A stretch of DNA of 59,509 nt, taken from NCBI GenBank assembly GCA_963828525.1, contig CAWHEP010000013.1, positions 1 to 59,509 on the forward strand, read 5' to 3'. Within the stretch, counting starts at the first letter, position 1; each line of letters starts with the position of its first letter. Positions 14,782 through 24,320 of the stretch are shown one piece after another. Below the pieces are notes generated by a model. That model searched no databases. It was not told the origin of the DNA and was given only the letters and a program-made list of their open reading frames with translations. The DNA comes from an uncultured Verrucomicrobiae bacterium. Its GTDB lineage: Bacteria; Verrucomicrobiota; Verrucomicrobiia; Chthoniobacterales; Chthoniobacteraceae. The position numbers and the translations under genes were made by a program.

Positions 14782-15183
14782 ATGCCCCGTCGCGCCAGCT
14801 CGTCCGTAAATCCCGCGAAGACAGCGGGGATTGTTCTGGCGCTCCTTGCGGCGGCGATGATTGGAGGCTACTTTCTTTATAGCTTTGTCAGCGATCCGTA
14901 TCGGACAGTTGAGCCGTTGAATGTCGCATCCTACCTGGAAGACTCGAACAGCCTCAGGCAAAATGTCTATAAACTCGATTGCACGGTGGACAATCTACTC
15001 TCCTGGTCGCGTGACTCGGGAAGGTTATTCTCTGTGGAGGCCATTCCCGGCGGCGAGGTGCTCCCGGTTCTGGTGCCCGCAAAGCTCAATGATGTGAACA
15101 TCCAAAAAGGACAGCGATTCTTCCTGCGAATCTTCGTGGGAGACAAGGGCATCCTGCAAGTGGAAGGACTGCGTAAAGTATGA
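14782..15183 (+). CDS. Hypothetical single-TM protein with a probable OB-like beta domain
   Basis: N-terminal TM helix; overlaps the next gene by 4 bp (ATGA). Confidence 0.75.
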   Translation: MPRRASSSVNPAKTAGIVLALLAAAMIGGYFLYSFVSDPYRTVEPLNVASYLEDSNSLRQNVYKLDCTVDNLLSWSRDSGRLFSVEAIPGGEVLPVLVPAKLNDVNIQKGQRFFLRIFVGDKGILQVEGLRKV

Positions 15184-17057
15184 AATCAAAATCCCGAGTT
15201 TTTTTCGTTGCAACGGCAGTTCTGTCGGCAGTTGCTTGCGCGCAGGGGCCGGGGAGTTTTCAGCCCCCCCCAACTGCGCCCGCTGCCGCGCCCGCTCCAG
15301 CCGCAGCCGCGCCTGGTGGCGCGTCCGGGTCTGCTGCCAAGCCTTTTTTAGGCGGCGACGCGCCCTCCTTCGATCCCAGCAGCGAGGTTTTTACGTGGGA
15401 TGGGAAAAGCTGGAACGTGAATGACAACAGGCTCTTTCAGGCGAGGTTTGAAAAGTACCTGAACGCGCCGGAGGAGACAGGAGCGGAGGATACCCGGTAC
15501 CAGGCGATCCTGAAATCTATCCTGGACAAGCTGGCGCCGGGGAACGCAACCACCGCGAACATAGACGACGCGTTCCGGTTGCTACCGAAGGCGTCGGACT
15601 ACGAGATCGACGCGCGCTTATGCGACTCCATCGCTGACGCCGTGTATAGCGCCTGGCGCTCCCAAGACTCAGGTGATCGTCTTGCGAAGGCGAATGAGGG
15701 TCTAGCTGAGGATCTGAAGAAGACGCAGTGGAACGCGCAGATGGAAGCTTCGGATAGCCAATTGGACGGCGCTCCTGGTGGTGGCAAACACCAAAACAGG
15801 GAGGCCTCGCAACAGTGGGCGGAAAACCAGAAGTTAAAGCGGGACATTCGCATGGCGCCTTACGTGCAGAGAGTTACTGAACTCAACGCCCTCCTAAAGG
15901 CGAATGATTTAAAGAAGCAGCTCTCCTCGCTCCAGATGAAGATCGAGTTTCAGGCATTGATCGTGCAACTCTTCCTCCAACGGCGCTTCCAGCATGTTTT
16001 GATGGCAACGCGTTTCTACCGGGCGGTGTTCGCCGACGGCGATACGCAATTGCGGGTAGGCAAGGACGCGCAGAACCTTTTCGAGAACAGCTCGGGCATG
16101 CCTCCCACCGTTGGCACGCTGGATTCGCTCGCCAACGAGTTGATCCGTGACGCCCGTGAGGGTGTGGAGGCTTACACGTTCCTGCTCCAACAGAACGAGC
16201 TCGAAAGCGCGACCAAACGTCTGGCAGAAGCATTTGTGACAGGTGAATACCTGCCGGAGTTGCGAACTCTGCCCCGCATCCAAAAGCGAAAAGCGCTCGA
16301 GTTCACGCAGCAGACCAACCAGTTGATCTCGTCGATCGAGGTAAAGGATTACACGCTCGCCGAAAAGCTCGTGCATCAGCTTGAGGCCAGCGCCAAAGAT
16401 TTTGATAACTCGAAGCCGATGGCCGCGATCGAGACGGCGAAGACTGTGAGCGCGATGCACATCGCGAAAGCGAAAAATGCGGCCGTGAGCGGAGAACGGC
16501 AAACGCTCGAAGATGAGCTCAAGGCAGCCACCGAGATTTGGCCGAGAAACCCGGCTCTTGCCGAAGTAGCAGGGATGATCTTTTCCCAAGGGGATGTGCA
16601 ACAGAAGACGCTCCTGGATTTTGACCAATTGCTGAGCCAGCACAACTACCGCCAGATATATGACGACAAGATCCGTTTTATCGCCGCGGCCGCCTTGGAT
16701 CCCGCGAGACGAGATCAACTGAAGAAGGTCATCGACGATATGCAGGAGATCGAGGGAGCGATAATGCGCGCGACTGAAATCAAAAATCAGGGCGACTACG
16801 CGGGAGCTTGGGAAAGCGTAGAACGGGTGTTTAAACGGTTCCCTGACGATAATAAACTGAACCAGGAAAGGGCTGATCTCACGACCGAAGCTGCCGACTT
16901 TGTTCGAACCCTTCGGACGGCAGAACAGCTCGAGCAGAAGGAACAGGTGGGTTCCAGCCTCGCATGGTATCTAAAGGCGCAGAAGATTTACCCCCGCAGC
17001 GACTACGCTCAAGAGGGAATCAGTCGCCTGGTGAAGATAATACTACCGGCCGCTTGA
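15180..17057 (+). CDS. Hypothetical secreted all-alpha (TPR-like) protein, 625 aa
   Basis: Signal peptide, Pro/Ala linker and a long intact helical ORF with coding-like codon usage. Confidence 0.85.
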   Translation: MKSKSRVFFVATAVLSAVACAQGPGSFQPPPTAPAAAPAPAAAAPGGASGSAAKPFLGGDAPSFDPSSEVFTWDGKSWNVNDNRLFQARFEKYLNAPEETGAEDTRYQAILKSILDKLAPGNATTANIDDAFRLLPKASDYEIDARLCDSIADAVYSAWRSQDSGDRLAKANEGLAEDLKKTQWNAQMEASDSQLDGAPGGGKHQNREASQQWAENQKLKRDIRMAPYVQRVTELNALLKANDLKKQLSSLQMKIEFQALIVQLFLQRRFQHVLMATRFYRAVFADGDTQLRVGKDAQNLFENSSGMPPTVGTLDSLANELIRDAREGVEAYTFLLQQNELESATKRLAEAFVTGEYLPELRTLPRIQKRKALEFTQQTNQLISSIEVKDYTLAEKLVHQLEASAKDFDNSKPMAAIETAKTVSAMHIAKAKNAAVSGERQTLEDELKAATEIWPRNPALAEVAGMIFSQGDVQQKTLLDFDQLLSQHNYRQIYDDKIRFIAAAALDPARRDQLKKVIDDMQEIEGAIMRATEIKNQGDYAGAWESVERVFKRFPDDNKLNQERADLTTEAADFVRTLRTAEQLEQKEQVGSSLAWYLKAQKIYPRSDYAQEGISRLVKIILPAA

Positions 17058-17120
17058 GTCGGGGTTTTTCGGGCGAACAGGATAGATAATTTCATTATTT
17101 GTCTTTACTTGCCTTTCTCT

Positions 17121-17134
17121 TTGAATCGATTATT
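17121..17134. promoter_or_regulatory. Candidate LacI-family operator overlapping the regulator's own promoter
   Basis: TTGAATCGATTATT has the palindromic core AATCGATT with a central CG, just upstream of the LacI gene and after a TTGCCT -35-like hexamer. Confidence 0.45.
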
Positions 17135-17143
17135 CGTCCATAG

Positions 17144-18262
17144 ATGAATATGGAAGATGGGCAGGGCGCATCCCTCGATGAGAAGCGGATGTTTGGGAGG
17201 CATGGAGACCACCACAAGACGGCGACTATGGCAACGATTGCCAAAGCGGCTGGAGTGTCTCAAGGGGCAATCTCGTCGTTGCTGAATGACAGGGACTACG
17301 GAATAAGAGTCAGTGATAAAACCCGGGAACGCGTCTTCAAGGTTTGCCGGGAATTAAATTACATTCCGAACGATCTCCGAGCCGTCGTTCGCATGTATCC
17401 AGAGATGGGGGAAATTTGCCTCCTGTTCTCCAGCGATCTGGGTGGCGTGCTCAAAGATCCATTCAACGCCCGGGTCGCGGAGGCCGCGATGAAGGCTTCA
17501 GGCAAGCCGTCCCACCCGATCACGTTTGCCGAATACAATGAGAGCTTCGACTATCTGGCGAGTCCAGATGATCTTCCGCATCCCGTGCTCCTCGGAACAG
17601 CGTCTAAATTCATCAGCATCGGCCAGCCAAATATCTGGCTGTTCCAGGCGTTGGTAAAACGCGGGTTTCCCGCTGTCAATCTGGGCCGGCATGTAAGCGT
17701 TCCCGGTGTCACCAGTATTGTTCCTGATTACACCGAAGCGTCTCGCCTCGCGATCGAATATCTGTTTTCGCTCGGACATCGCAGGATCGCCATCTTATCC
17801 GGACCTTTCGGGACGACAGATCACCAGATCATCGAACTGAACCGCGGCATCAAGATCGGATACGACAAAATCGGAATCCCCATCGAGGCTCAAAACATCA
17901 TCTACGGCGACCTGAATTTCAAAAGCGGGTTCAGCACCATCGACTTCCTTCTGGACCGCAACCCCGGACCAACTGCAATATTCTGCTTCAATGACGCTGT
18001 CGCGGCGGGAGTAATGGCCCGCGTGCAGGATCGTGGCATCAAGGTTCCAGACGAGCTTAGCATCATGGGTTGTTCTGATGATAGCTTCGCTCAATATATA
18101 CATCCCCTGCTGACCACCATCCATTTGCCAGCTGAGGAAATGGGCGCCGCGGCGGTGGCTGAAATCGAGAGGCGCGTCAAGGAAGAGTCGCTGGAAGAAA
18201 ACCCCAATATTGTGCTGCCCGTTCATCTGGTGGAGCGCGGATCGTGCTCACCGGCAAAGTAA
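17144..18262 (+). CDS. LacI-family transcriptional regulator
   Basis: HTH TMATIAKAAGVSQGAISSLLN, then GHRRIA, AIFCFND and LTTIHLP in the periplasmic-binding-like domain. Confidence 0.95.
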   Translation: MNMEDGQGASLDEKRMFGRHGDHHKTATMATIAKAAGVSQGAISSLLNDRDYGIRVSDKTRERVFKVCRELNYIPNDLRAVVRMYPEMGEICLLFSSDLGGVLKDPFNARVAEAAMKASGKPSHPITFAEYNESFDYLASPDDLPHPVLLGTASKFISIGQPNIWLFQALVKRGFPAVNLGRHVSVPGVTSIVPDYTEASRLAIEYLFSLGHRRIAILSGPFGTTDHQIIELNRGIKIGYDKIGIPIEAQNIIYGDLNFKSGFSTIDFLLDRNPGPTAIFCFNDAVAAGVMARVQDRGIKVPDELSIMGCSDDSFAQYIHPLLTTIHLPAEEMGAAAVAEIERRVKEESLEENPNIVLPVHLVERGSCSPAK

Positions 18263-18265
18263 GGA

Positions 18266-18586
18266 ATGAATACAAAGCAGTTCTACATTGCCGCCGCTGC
18301 CGCCGCCATTTGTCTGATCCTATCTCTTTCGCTCATTTTCTTCGCGAGGGGGAACCAACAGTTGCAGCAACAACTTCAGAATCAGCAAAACGAGATTAAC
18401 CGCGGGTCTGCCTCGCAGCAGATCGGGACACAGGTTCTCCAGGAGATGGGGCAGGTGGCGCTTACAGATGCCAGGATGAAAGATGTTCTTGCAAAAAACG
18501 GCTACAACGTCACAGTCAATCCCCCCGCTCCATCGACCTCTGCTACGCCCCCCGTGACGAGCGGGACTCCACAGCTAAGGCCGTAA
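18266..18586 (+). CDS. Small single-TM Gln-rich coiled-coil protein (paralog 1)
   Basis: TM helix followed by QQLQQQLQNQQ and EMGQVAL...VLAKNG. Confidence 0.8.
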   Translation: MNTKQFYIAAAAAAICLILSLSLIFFARGNQQLQQQLQNQQNEINRGSASQQIGTQVLQEMGQVALTDARMKDVLAKNGYNVTVNPPAPSTSATPPVTSGTPQLRP

Positions 18587-18608
18587 AACACTCACCAGCT
18601 ACCCCTTA

Positions 18609-18929
18609 TTGATGAAGTCCACCCAGTTCTATATTGCCACCGCGCTGAGCGCGCTCTGCCTGATCCTGTCAATATGGGTCATCGTGCTCGGAAGATCGAA
18701 TCAACACCTTCAGCAGGAACTGCAAGCTCAGCAGAATGACATAAATAAAGGATCGGCCGCGCAACAGGTTGGTTCCACCATACTTCGAGAAATGGGCCAG
18801 GTTGCGTTGGGCGATGAAAAGATGAAAGAGGTGCTCGCAAAGAACGGCTTCACTCTCACATTGAACCCTCCGGCGAAGACAGGAACTTCGTCCGCAACGC
18901 CTTCACCCGCCCCCTCCATGCGCCCATGA
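18609..18929 (+). CDS. Small single-TM Gln-rich coiled-coil protein (paralog 2)
   Basis: Aligns end to end with paralog 1 (QFYIA, CLILS, EMGQVAL, VLAKNG, NPPA). Confidence 0.8.
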   Translation: MMKSTQFYIATALSALCLILSIWVIVLGRSNQHLQQELQAQQNDINKGSAAQQVGSTILREMGQVALGDEKMKEVLAKNGFTLTLNPPAKTGTSSATPSPAPSMRP

Positions 18930-19228
18930 ATACTGAAACCACTGAACAATTCTCCATCGGCAAGGACGCGTTCCTTCCCCTCATGCTGCTGATCGTAAGC
19001 GTCCTCCTGCTTTTCATCTGGCAGGTTAACGGATTCTCAGAGCAGAAGACGGCGCTGCGAGCTACCATCGACAGGCAGGATCAGATGGTGAAGCAGTCGC
19101 TTCAGGTGCAAGCCTCCCTGCAGAAGCTGCTGACCGATTTGCTGGAGCTCGCAAAGACGGATCAGCTCGCTCAGCAAATCGTGACAAAGCACAATATTCA
19201 GCAGCAAGCGCCCTCTGGCGGCTTGTAA
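18926..19228 (+). CDS. Small single-TM coiled-coil protein (probable distant paralog 3)
   Basis: TM helix plus Gln-rich coil; overlaps the previous gene by ATGA. Confidence 0.75.
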   Translation: MNTETTEQFSIGKDAFLPLMLLIVSVLLLFIWQVNGFSEQKTALRATIDRQDQMVKQSLQVQASLQKLLTDLLELAKTDQLAQQIVTKHNIQQQAPSGGL

Positions 19229-19307
19229 GTCGTCGCGCCTAGAAAGAGCCCCCGGGGGGCGCAGTTCTGGACGCCAGCTCGTATCCTTAGCGCATCACGC
19301 TATCGTT

Positions 19308-19460
19308 CCTAGGCGCTGGGGAAATGGATAGTTCGCGAAGCCGACCGGCGCCTTTCGATTGCCGTTTCTCTTGTATCGGGTTCGTCCATCCAATCTCCGG
19401 GAAAGGCGGACAAACCAGCACCCGTCTCATTCGCGAGTATCCATTTCCACAACGCCCAGG
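19308..19460. mobile_element. 153-bp MITE/REP-like fold-back element
   Basis: Left end CCTAGGCGCTGGGGAAATGGATAGTTCGCGAA matches the reverse complement of the right end, CCTGGGCGTTGTGGAAATGGATACTCGCGAA. Imperfect pairing continues inward. Confidence 0.65.
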
Positions 19461-19487
19461 TTGACATGCTCTAAACTAACCAGACGC

Positions 19488-19509
19488 ATGTTACCGGAAT
19501 GTTACCGTC
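19488..19509. repeat. 11-bp-period direct repeat
   Basis: ATGTTACCGGA ATGTTACCGTC. Confidence 0.5.
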
Positions 19510-19571
19510 AGACACCGGCGGAGATATTTTAACGGGTCGGATCGAGAGCGATGCGACTGGCAGGTATCCGC

Positions 19572-20103
19572 TTAGAAGGTGAAGCGGAAACCACCCGTGA
19601 CGCTGTTTAATAGGTAGTTCTGTCCACCGGCCTCGCCGTTGTAGAATACATAGAACCCGACCGTGTCATTCATCTGGACGCTCACGCCGAGGCTTAGCAC
19701 CGCGCGATCCGAGCCGAGACTTGGCCCGTGAACCGAGAAGATTGTTCCCGCGCCGCTGGCAAACTGCGAATCGAACTCGTAGCTATCATTCATATATTCA
19801 TGCTGCCAGGAAGCGGACGCCTGCGGAGTCACCGAGACTCCCCCTGCCACTCGGAAGGGAATGGATGCTTTGAAACCCACACGCGCTGCGCAGCGAAGAT
19901 TCGCTTTGCGTTGGGATGCGCAATGGCGAGAGAGACCCATGCTCTTTGAAAGAGTCGATTGAGACGTAGTTGCCTTGCAACGCAAGCGCCGGCCCGAAAA
20001 CCAACTTGCCAAAATGGAGGTTATAACCACCTCCTGAGAAGGCCATTGAACTCTCCTCCGCTCGTCTCCCCGCTTGCGATGCCCTGGATTGACGCGCGGT
20101 CGA
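19572..20103 (-). pseudogene. 5'-truncated autotransporter beta-barrel remnant
   Basis: Joined frames give RASIQGIASGETSGGEFNG..GYNLHFGKLVFGP..F.E.GSLSPL..WQHEY..NSVTGGFRFTF*. This is only the C-terminal half of a barrel, with no passenger domain or signal peptide. Confidence 0.75.
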
Positions 20104-20205
20104 GCTTCAGGGGACGCCAGCGGGATTTGGAAATTACAAAATCGAAGTCAATCATTATCATATCAGTTTTTCTAATTCGGTTTTCTCTACTTGAATACTA
20201 TAGTA

Positions 20206-20227
20206 TCGTTACCATATTGTAACAATT
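20206..20227 (+). promoter_or_regulatory. Pho-box-like tandem repeat in the AT-rich promoter of the TpsB operon
   Basis: TCGTTACCATA TTGTAACAATT (11-bp period); the adjacent palindrome ATACTATAGTAT is at 20195-20206. Confidence 0.45.
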
Positions 20228-20340
20228 GTGAGCTTGAACCACTTCTTCTGCGGAATAGAAGGTGATGCCTCCTCGCAAATGAATTTTTTATGGCCCCGTC
20301 TATTCACAGTTTCGCCCCGCCAGAGGAGATGGCGGTGGTT

Positions 20341-21957
20341 ATGAAACTGGGGTCTCGAAGGGCTGTCCTCCTGACGTGGTCGCTGCTCTGTGGAGGCGTC
20401 GGCGTAGCTAACGCCACGGAATCCGCGTCTCCCCAAGGACCCGCTGCAGGCGCTCAGTCAGCACAGACGTCCAGCGCGTTCTACGTGAAGGAATACCGCG
20501 TGAGAGGGGCGCGCCTTCTTAATCAGGCGCAGGTCGGCGAAGCGGTGTATCCCTACCTTGGTCCCGCGCGCACTGCCGAGGATTGCGAGAAAGCGCGAGC
20601 GGCGCTGGAGAAGGCTTACCAGGACAAAGGCTTCCAGACTGTCACGGTGCAGATTCCACAACAGGATGTGAAGAGTGGCATCATCATTCTACAGGTGGTT
20701 GAGGCCAGAGTGGGACGACTGCGGGTGAAGGGATCGCGCTACTTCACCCTGAACCAGATCAAGCAGCAGGCTCCCTCGCTCGCGGAGGGCACGGTGGTAA
20801 ACTTCAGCCAGGTCACGCGTGATATTGTAGGGCTCAACCAGCTCTCCGATCTCCGTGTGACTCCCGCGCTACGCGCTGGAGTTGAACCCGGGACTGTTGA
20901 TATCGACCTCGACGTGAAGGACACCCTTCCGCTCCATGGAACTTTGGAACTCAACAATCGTTACAGCGTTGGGACGTCGCAGCTGCGACTGAACGGGTCC
21001 GTCAGCTATGACAACCTTTGGCACTTGGGGCATTCGCTGGGATTCAGCTTTCAATTGGCCCCTGAGAACTTGTCAGACGCGGAAGTCTTTTCCGCCTACT
21101 ACCTGGCGCGCATTCCCAATGTGAGCTGGCTCGGTCTGATGCTGGAGGGCACCCGGCAGGACAGCAATGTCTCCACTCTTGGAGGAGCCGCAGTGGCGGG
21201 TCGAGGCGAGATCGCCGGGTTCCAGGCAATCATCACTCTTCCTCCCGCCGATCATTTTTTCCATTCGCTTACCCTTGGGATCGACTACAAGCATTTCGAC
21301 CAAAATGTCACCCTTGCCGGGGGCGAGATAAAGACGCCCATCGACTATTTCCCTTTCAGTGGCATTTATACCGCGACTTGGGCGGGCAAAGGTTATCTGA
21401 CTCAGCTAGATTCGAGCGTCACATTCCAGGCGCGCGGGACGGGCAGCAGTCCGGCGGTGTTCGATAAGAACCGATTTAACTCCGACGGCAGCTTCCTCTA
21501 TTTCCGGGGTGATCTGTCGCACACTCACGATTTGCCCAAGGGCTTTCAGGTTTTCGGAAAGGTGCAAGGGCCAGGCCTCCAGCGCGCCTCTCATCAGCAG
21601 CGAGCAGTTCAGCGCGGGCGGCGTGGGGAGTGTTCGCGGCTACCTGGAGTCTGAACAGTTGGGAGACAATGCCCTGTTTGGAACACTGGAAGCGCGGAGC
21701 CCTTCGTTCCTAGGGTGGCTAGGTGAGACGAGCGAGTGGCGGGTTTATGGATTCGGCGACTTCGGATTCCTCACGCTTAATGATTCTTACCCGGACAAGA
21801 GGCGCGCTTCGATCTTGCCAGCGTAGGCATAGGCAGCCGGATTCGTTTACGGGATCACTTCAATGGCTCGGTGGATCTCGGCGTGCCATTGGTGAGCCAG
21901 ACGCAAACCAAAGCAGATAATCCGCGCCTGACTTTCAGAGTTTGGTCAACGTTTTAG
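20341..21957 (+). CDS. ShlB/FhaC/HecB (TpsB, Omp85 family) secretion/activation protein; 3' end frameshifted
   Basis: Signal peptide, POTRA domain (YQDKGF.TV.V.IPQQ), SVRGYLESE (VRGY motif) in ORF 21509-21826, and C-terminal RLTFRVWSTF*. Confidence 0.9.
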
Positions 21958-21982
21958 GGCTGGGAAGAGCAACGATGCGAAG

Positions 21983-23866
21983 ATGAACAGGTTACGGAGC
22001 AGGAATCTCATGGCAGCGCCTCATCTTTAGCGTTCTAGTCTGCGTGAGCTCTCGCATGCTCGGCGCATGGCTGGTGGGACGCGGAATGGACGCTTCGAAA
22101 AAAAATTACCGTGGATACATCCGCGAAAGGGGCGCCATCGCCGAACCGATAGGGACGACAGCCTTGCTGTTGAGACTTCATGACGGGGACTTTCAATTCC
22201 CAGCGCGAAAGAGGACGGGAGCGATATGCGCTTCGTGGCGTCGGATGACAAAACGCTCCTGAAATATCACATCGAGAAGCTGGATACTCTCATGGACGAA
22301 GCCTTCATCTGGGTGAGGCTGCCGGACGTAAAGCCAGGCGCCCCTTTGACGTTTTGGCTTTACTATGGGAACAGCGGGAGCAAGGCGATCAAGGTGGACG
22401 ACGCAAAGGGGACTTATGATCCCTGACATGTCATTGGTTTACCATTTCAGCGGAGCACGCCGCCCCGCCCGAACGGATTCGACGGGAAACGCGAACAACG
22501 CCCAGAATGCGGGAACTTCGGCCGATGGCTCGATGATAGGCGGCGGGCTGCGATTCGACGGGCGGGGCATCGTAACCATCCCAGCGTACGCCATCTCTCA
22601 TGTGGACAAGCGGCGGAACACTTACATGGTCGGCCTGGATCAAGCCCGCCGGCTTGAAACCGAATGCAATCATCTATAGCCGCCGCGAAGGCGGGAGCGG
22701 ATTTGTGGTCGGGGTTAATAGCGGTGATACCCTACGTTGAGGTGACGGATGCTGGCGGCACCCAGCGAACAAACGCGCCGCGCCTATCGCTCCAGCCGTT
22801 TGGAGACACCTCGCCGTGGTAGCCTCCGGGCACACAATTACCCTCTATCTGGATGACGCGTTATACGCAACATTGGCGCCGCGCTTCCCGCGTTGAACGG
22901 GCGCTTCGCAGCTAGGAGGAGACCCGCCGACCGTAGCCGCGGCGCACCACCGGGGACGGCCCCGGTTTCAGCGGGGAAATGGATGAACTGGAGATTTCGA
23001 AGATTGCCAAGCCGGTCGGCGCGATTGAAATTCGCGACTTTCAACCAAGGGGGCGGCGATAACGCGGTAAGTTGCTCGTGCTCGGAGACGACGAGCAGCC
23101 CAAGAACTTCATGAGCTGGTTCAGCACCGGGCTATTTCGGCATCATTATCAAATCCCTCACCCTGGATGGCTGGGTGGTGATCGGCATTCTGCTCGTGAT
23201 GGCGGCGATCAGTTGGTTCGTGATGATCAGCAAGGCGCCTACCTGAGCGCGACTGCAAAGGGAAACGCGCGGTTTCTGGAGCAATGGCGGCATATCGCGG
23301 CTGATCTCACCGCGATGGATCACAGCAACAAGGATAACATAAAGAGCCTTGGGGGCAGGATCGACAAGGAGGGTCTGCGCCTAATGCGGAATGCGTCGGT
23401 CTATCGCATTTACCACATCGGGGCAGAGGAGATTCAACACCGGCTCACGAACAGCCCCTGGGGAGATGGCGCGAAGGTGCTCTCGTCTCGTTCCATCCAG
23501 GCCATCCGCGCAAGTCTGGACGGCGGTCTCGTGCGGGAGAGCCAAAAGCTTAACAGCCTCATGGTGCTGCTGACCATCGCCATCTCGGGCGGCCCATTCC
23601 TGGGCCTGCTGGGGACTGTGGTCGGGGTCATGATTACTTTCGCCGCCATCGCGGCGGCAGGCGACGTCAACGTGAATGCGATTGCCCCTGGTATCGCTGC
23701 CGCGCTGGTCGCCACCGTGGCCGGTCTCGCCGTGGCAATCCCCGCGCTGTTTGGCTACAACTATCTGCTCGCGCAGATCAAGGACGCGACGAGCGACATG
23801 CATATCTTCATCGACGAGTTCGTCACGAAGATGGCGGAATTTTACGGCGGCACGGGAGCCTCCTAG
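21983..23866 (+). CDS. exbB: DUF2341 + LamG-like + MotA/TolQ/ExbB proton-channel fusion protein; multiply frameshifted
   Basis: WWDAEWTLRKKITVDT and DGSDMRFVASDDKTLL..WLYYGN (DUF2341), WSAWIKP (LamG-like), GPFLGLLGTVVGVM..GIAAALVATVAGL (ExbB). Confidence 0.88.
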
Positions 23867-23888
23867 GCCAGCGCGGAAACCGATCACC

Positions 23889-24320
23889 ATGCAAATCCAA
23901 GACGGCAAGGCCTACGACGACATCAACATCACTCCGATGCTGGATCTCGCGTACGTGCTGCTCGTGATCTTCATCCTCATGTGCACGGCCTCCGTGCAGG
24001 GAGTGAAGGTCAATCTCCCAAAGGCCAGCCGAGCGCCGAGCCTGGCGAAGCCCAAGATCAAGGCGATCAGCATCAATAACGAAGGCAAGATCTTCCTCGA
24101 TACCGTCCCGGTGACACTACAGGAACTCGAGCAGCGGCTCACCGCGCAAAAGGCGCAGACACCCGATTTCCCGGTGGTCATAAAGGGCGACAGCCTTACC
24201 CAATATCAAGGCATCATGGATGTGCTTGATGTGCTCGGACGCCTTGGACTGAGCCAGGTTGGACTTGCAACAAAGGCACGAGCCTCCAGCGACATCACAC
24301 CGCTGCTTCACTGGATATGA
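23889..24320 (+). CDS. exbD: Biopolymer transporter ExbD
   Basis: DDINITPMLDLAYVLLVIFI and VVIKGD...YQGIMDVLD motifs. Confidence 0.93.
   Translation: MQIQDGKAYDDINITPMLDLAYVLLVIFILMCTASVQGVKVNLPKASRAPSLAKPKIKAISINNEGKIFLDTVPVTLQELEQRLTAQKAQTPDFPVVIKGDSLTQYQGIMDVLDVLGRLGLSQVGLATKARASSDITPLLHWI

Noticed and set aside
20141..20165. Fur-box-like AATCATTATC upstream of the Ton operon
   Set aside because: Only about 11-12 of 19 positions match in an AT-rich patch, which is insufficient.
20220..20233. lac-operator-like AATTGTGAGC (vector contamination or LacI site)
   Set aside because: It is a half-site only, with no other vector sequence and no central-CG palindrome.
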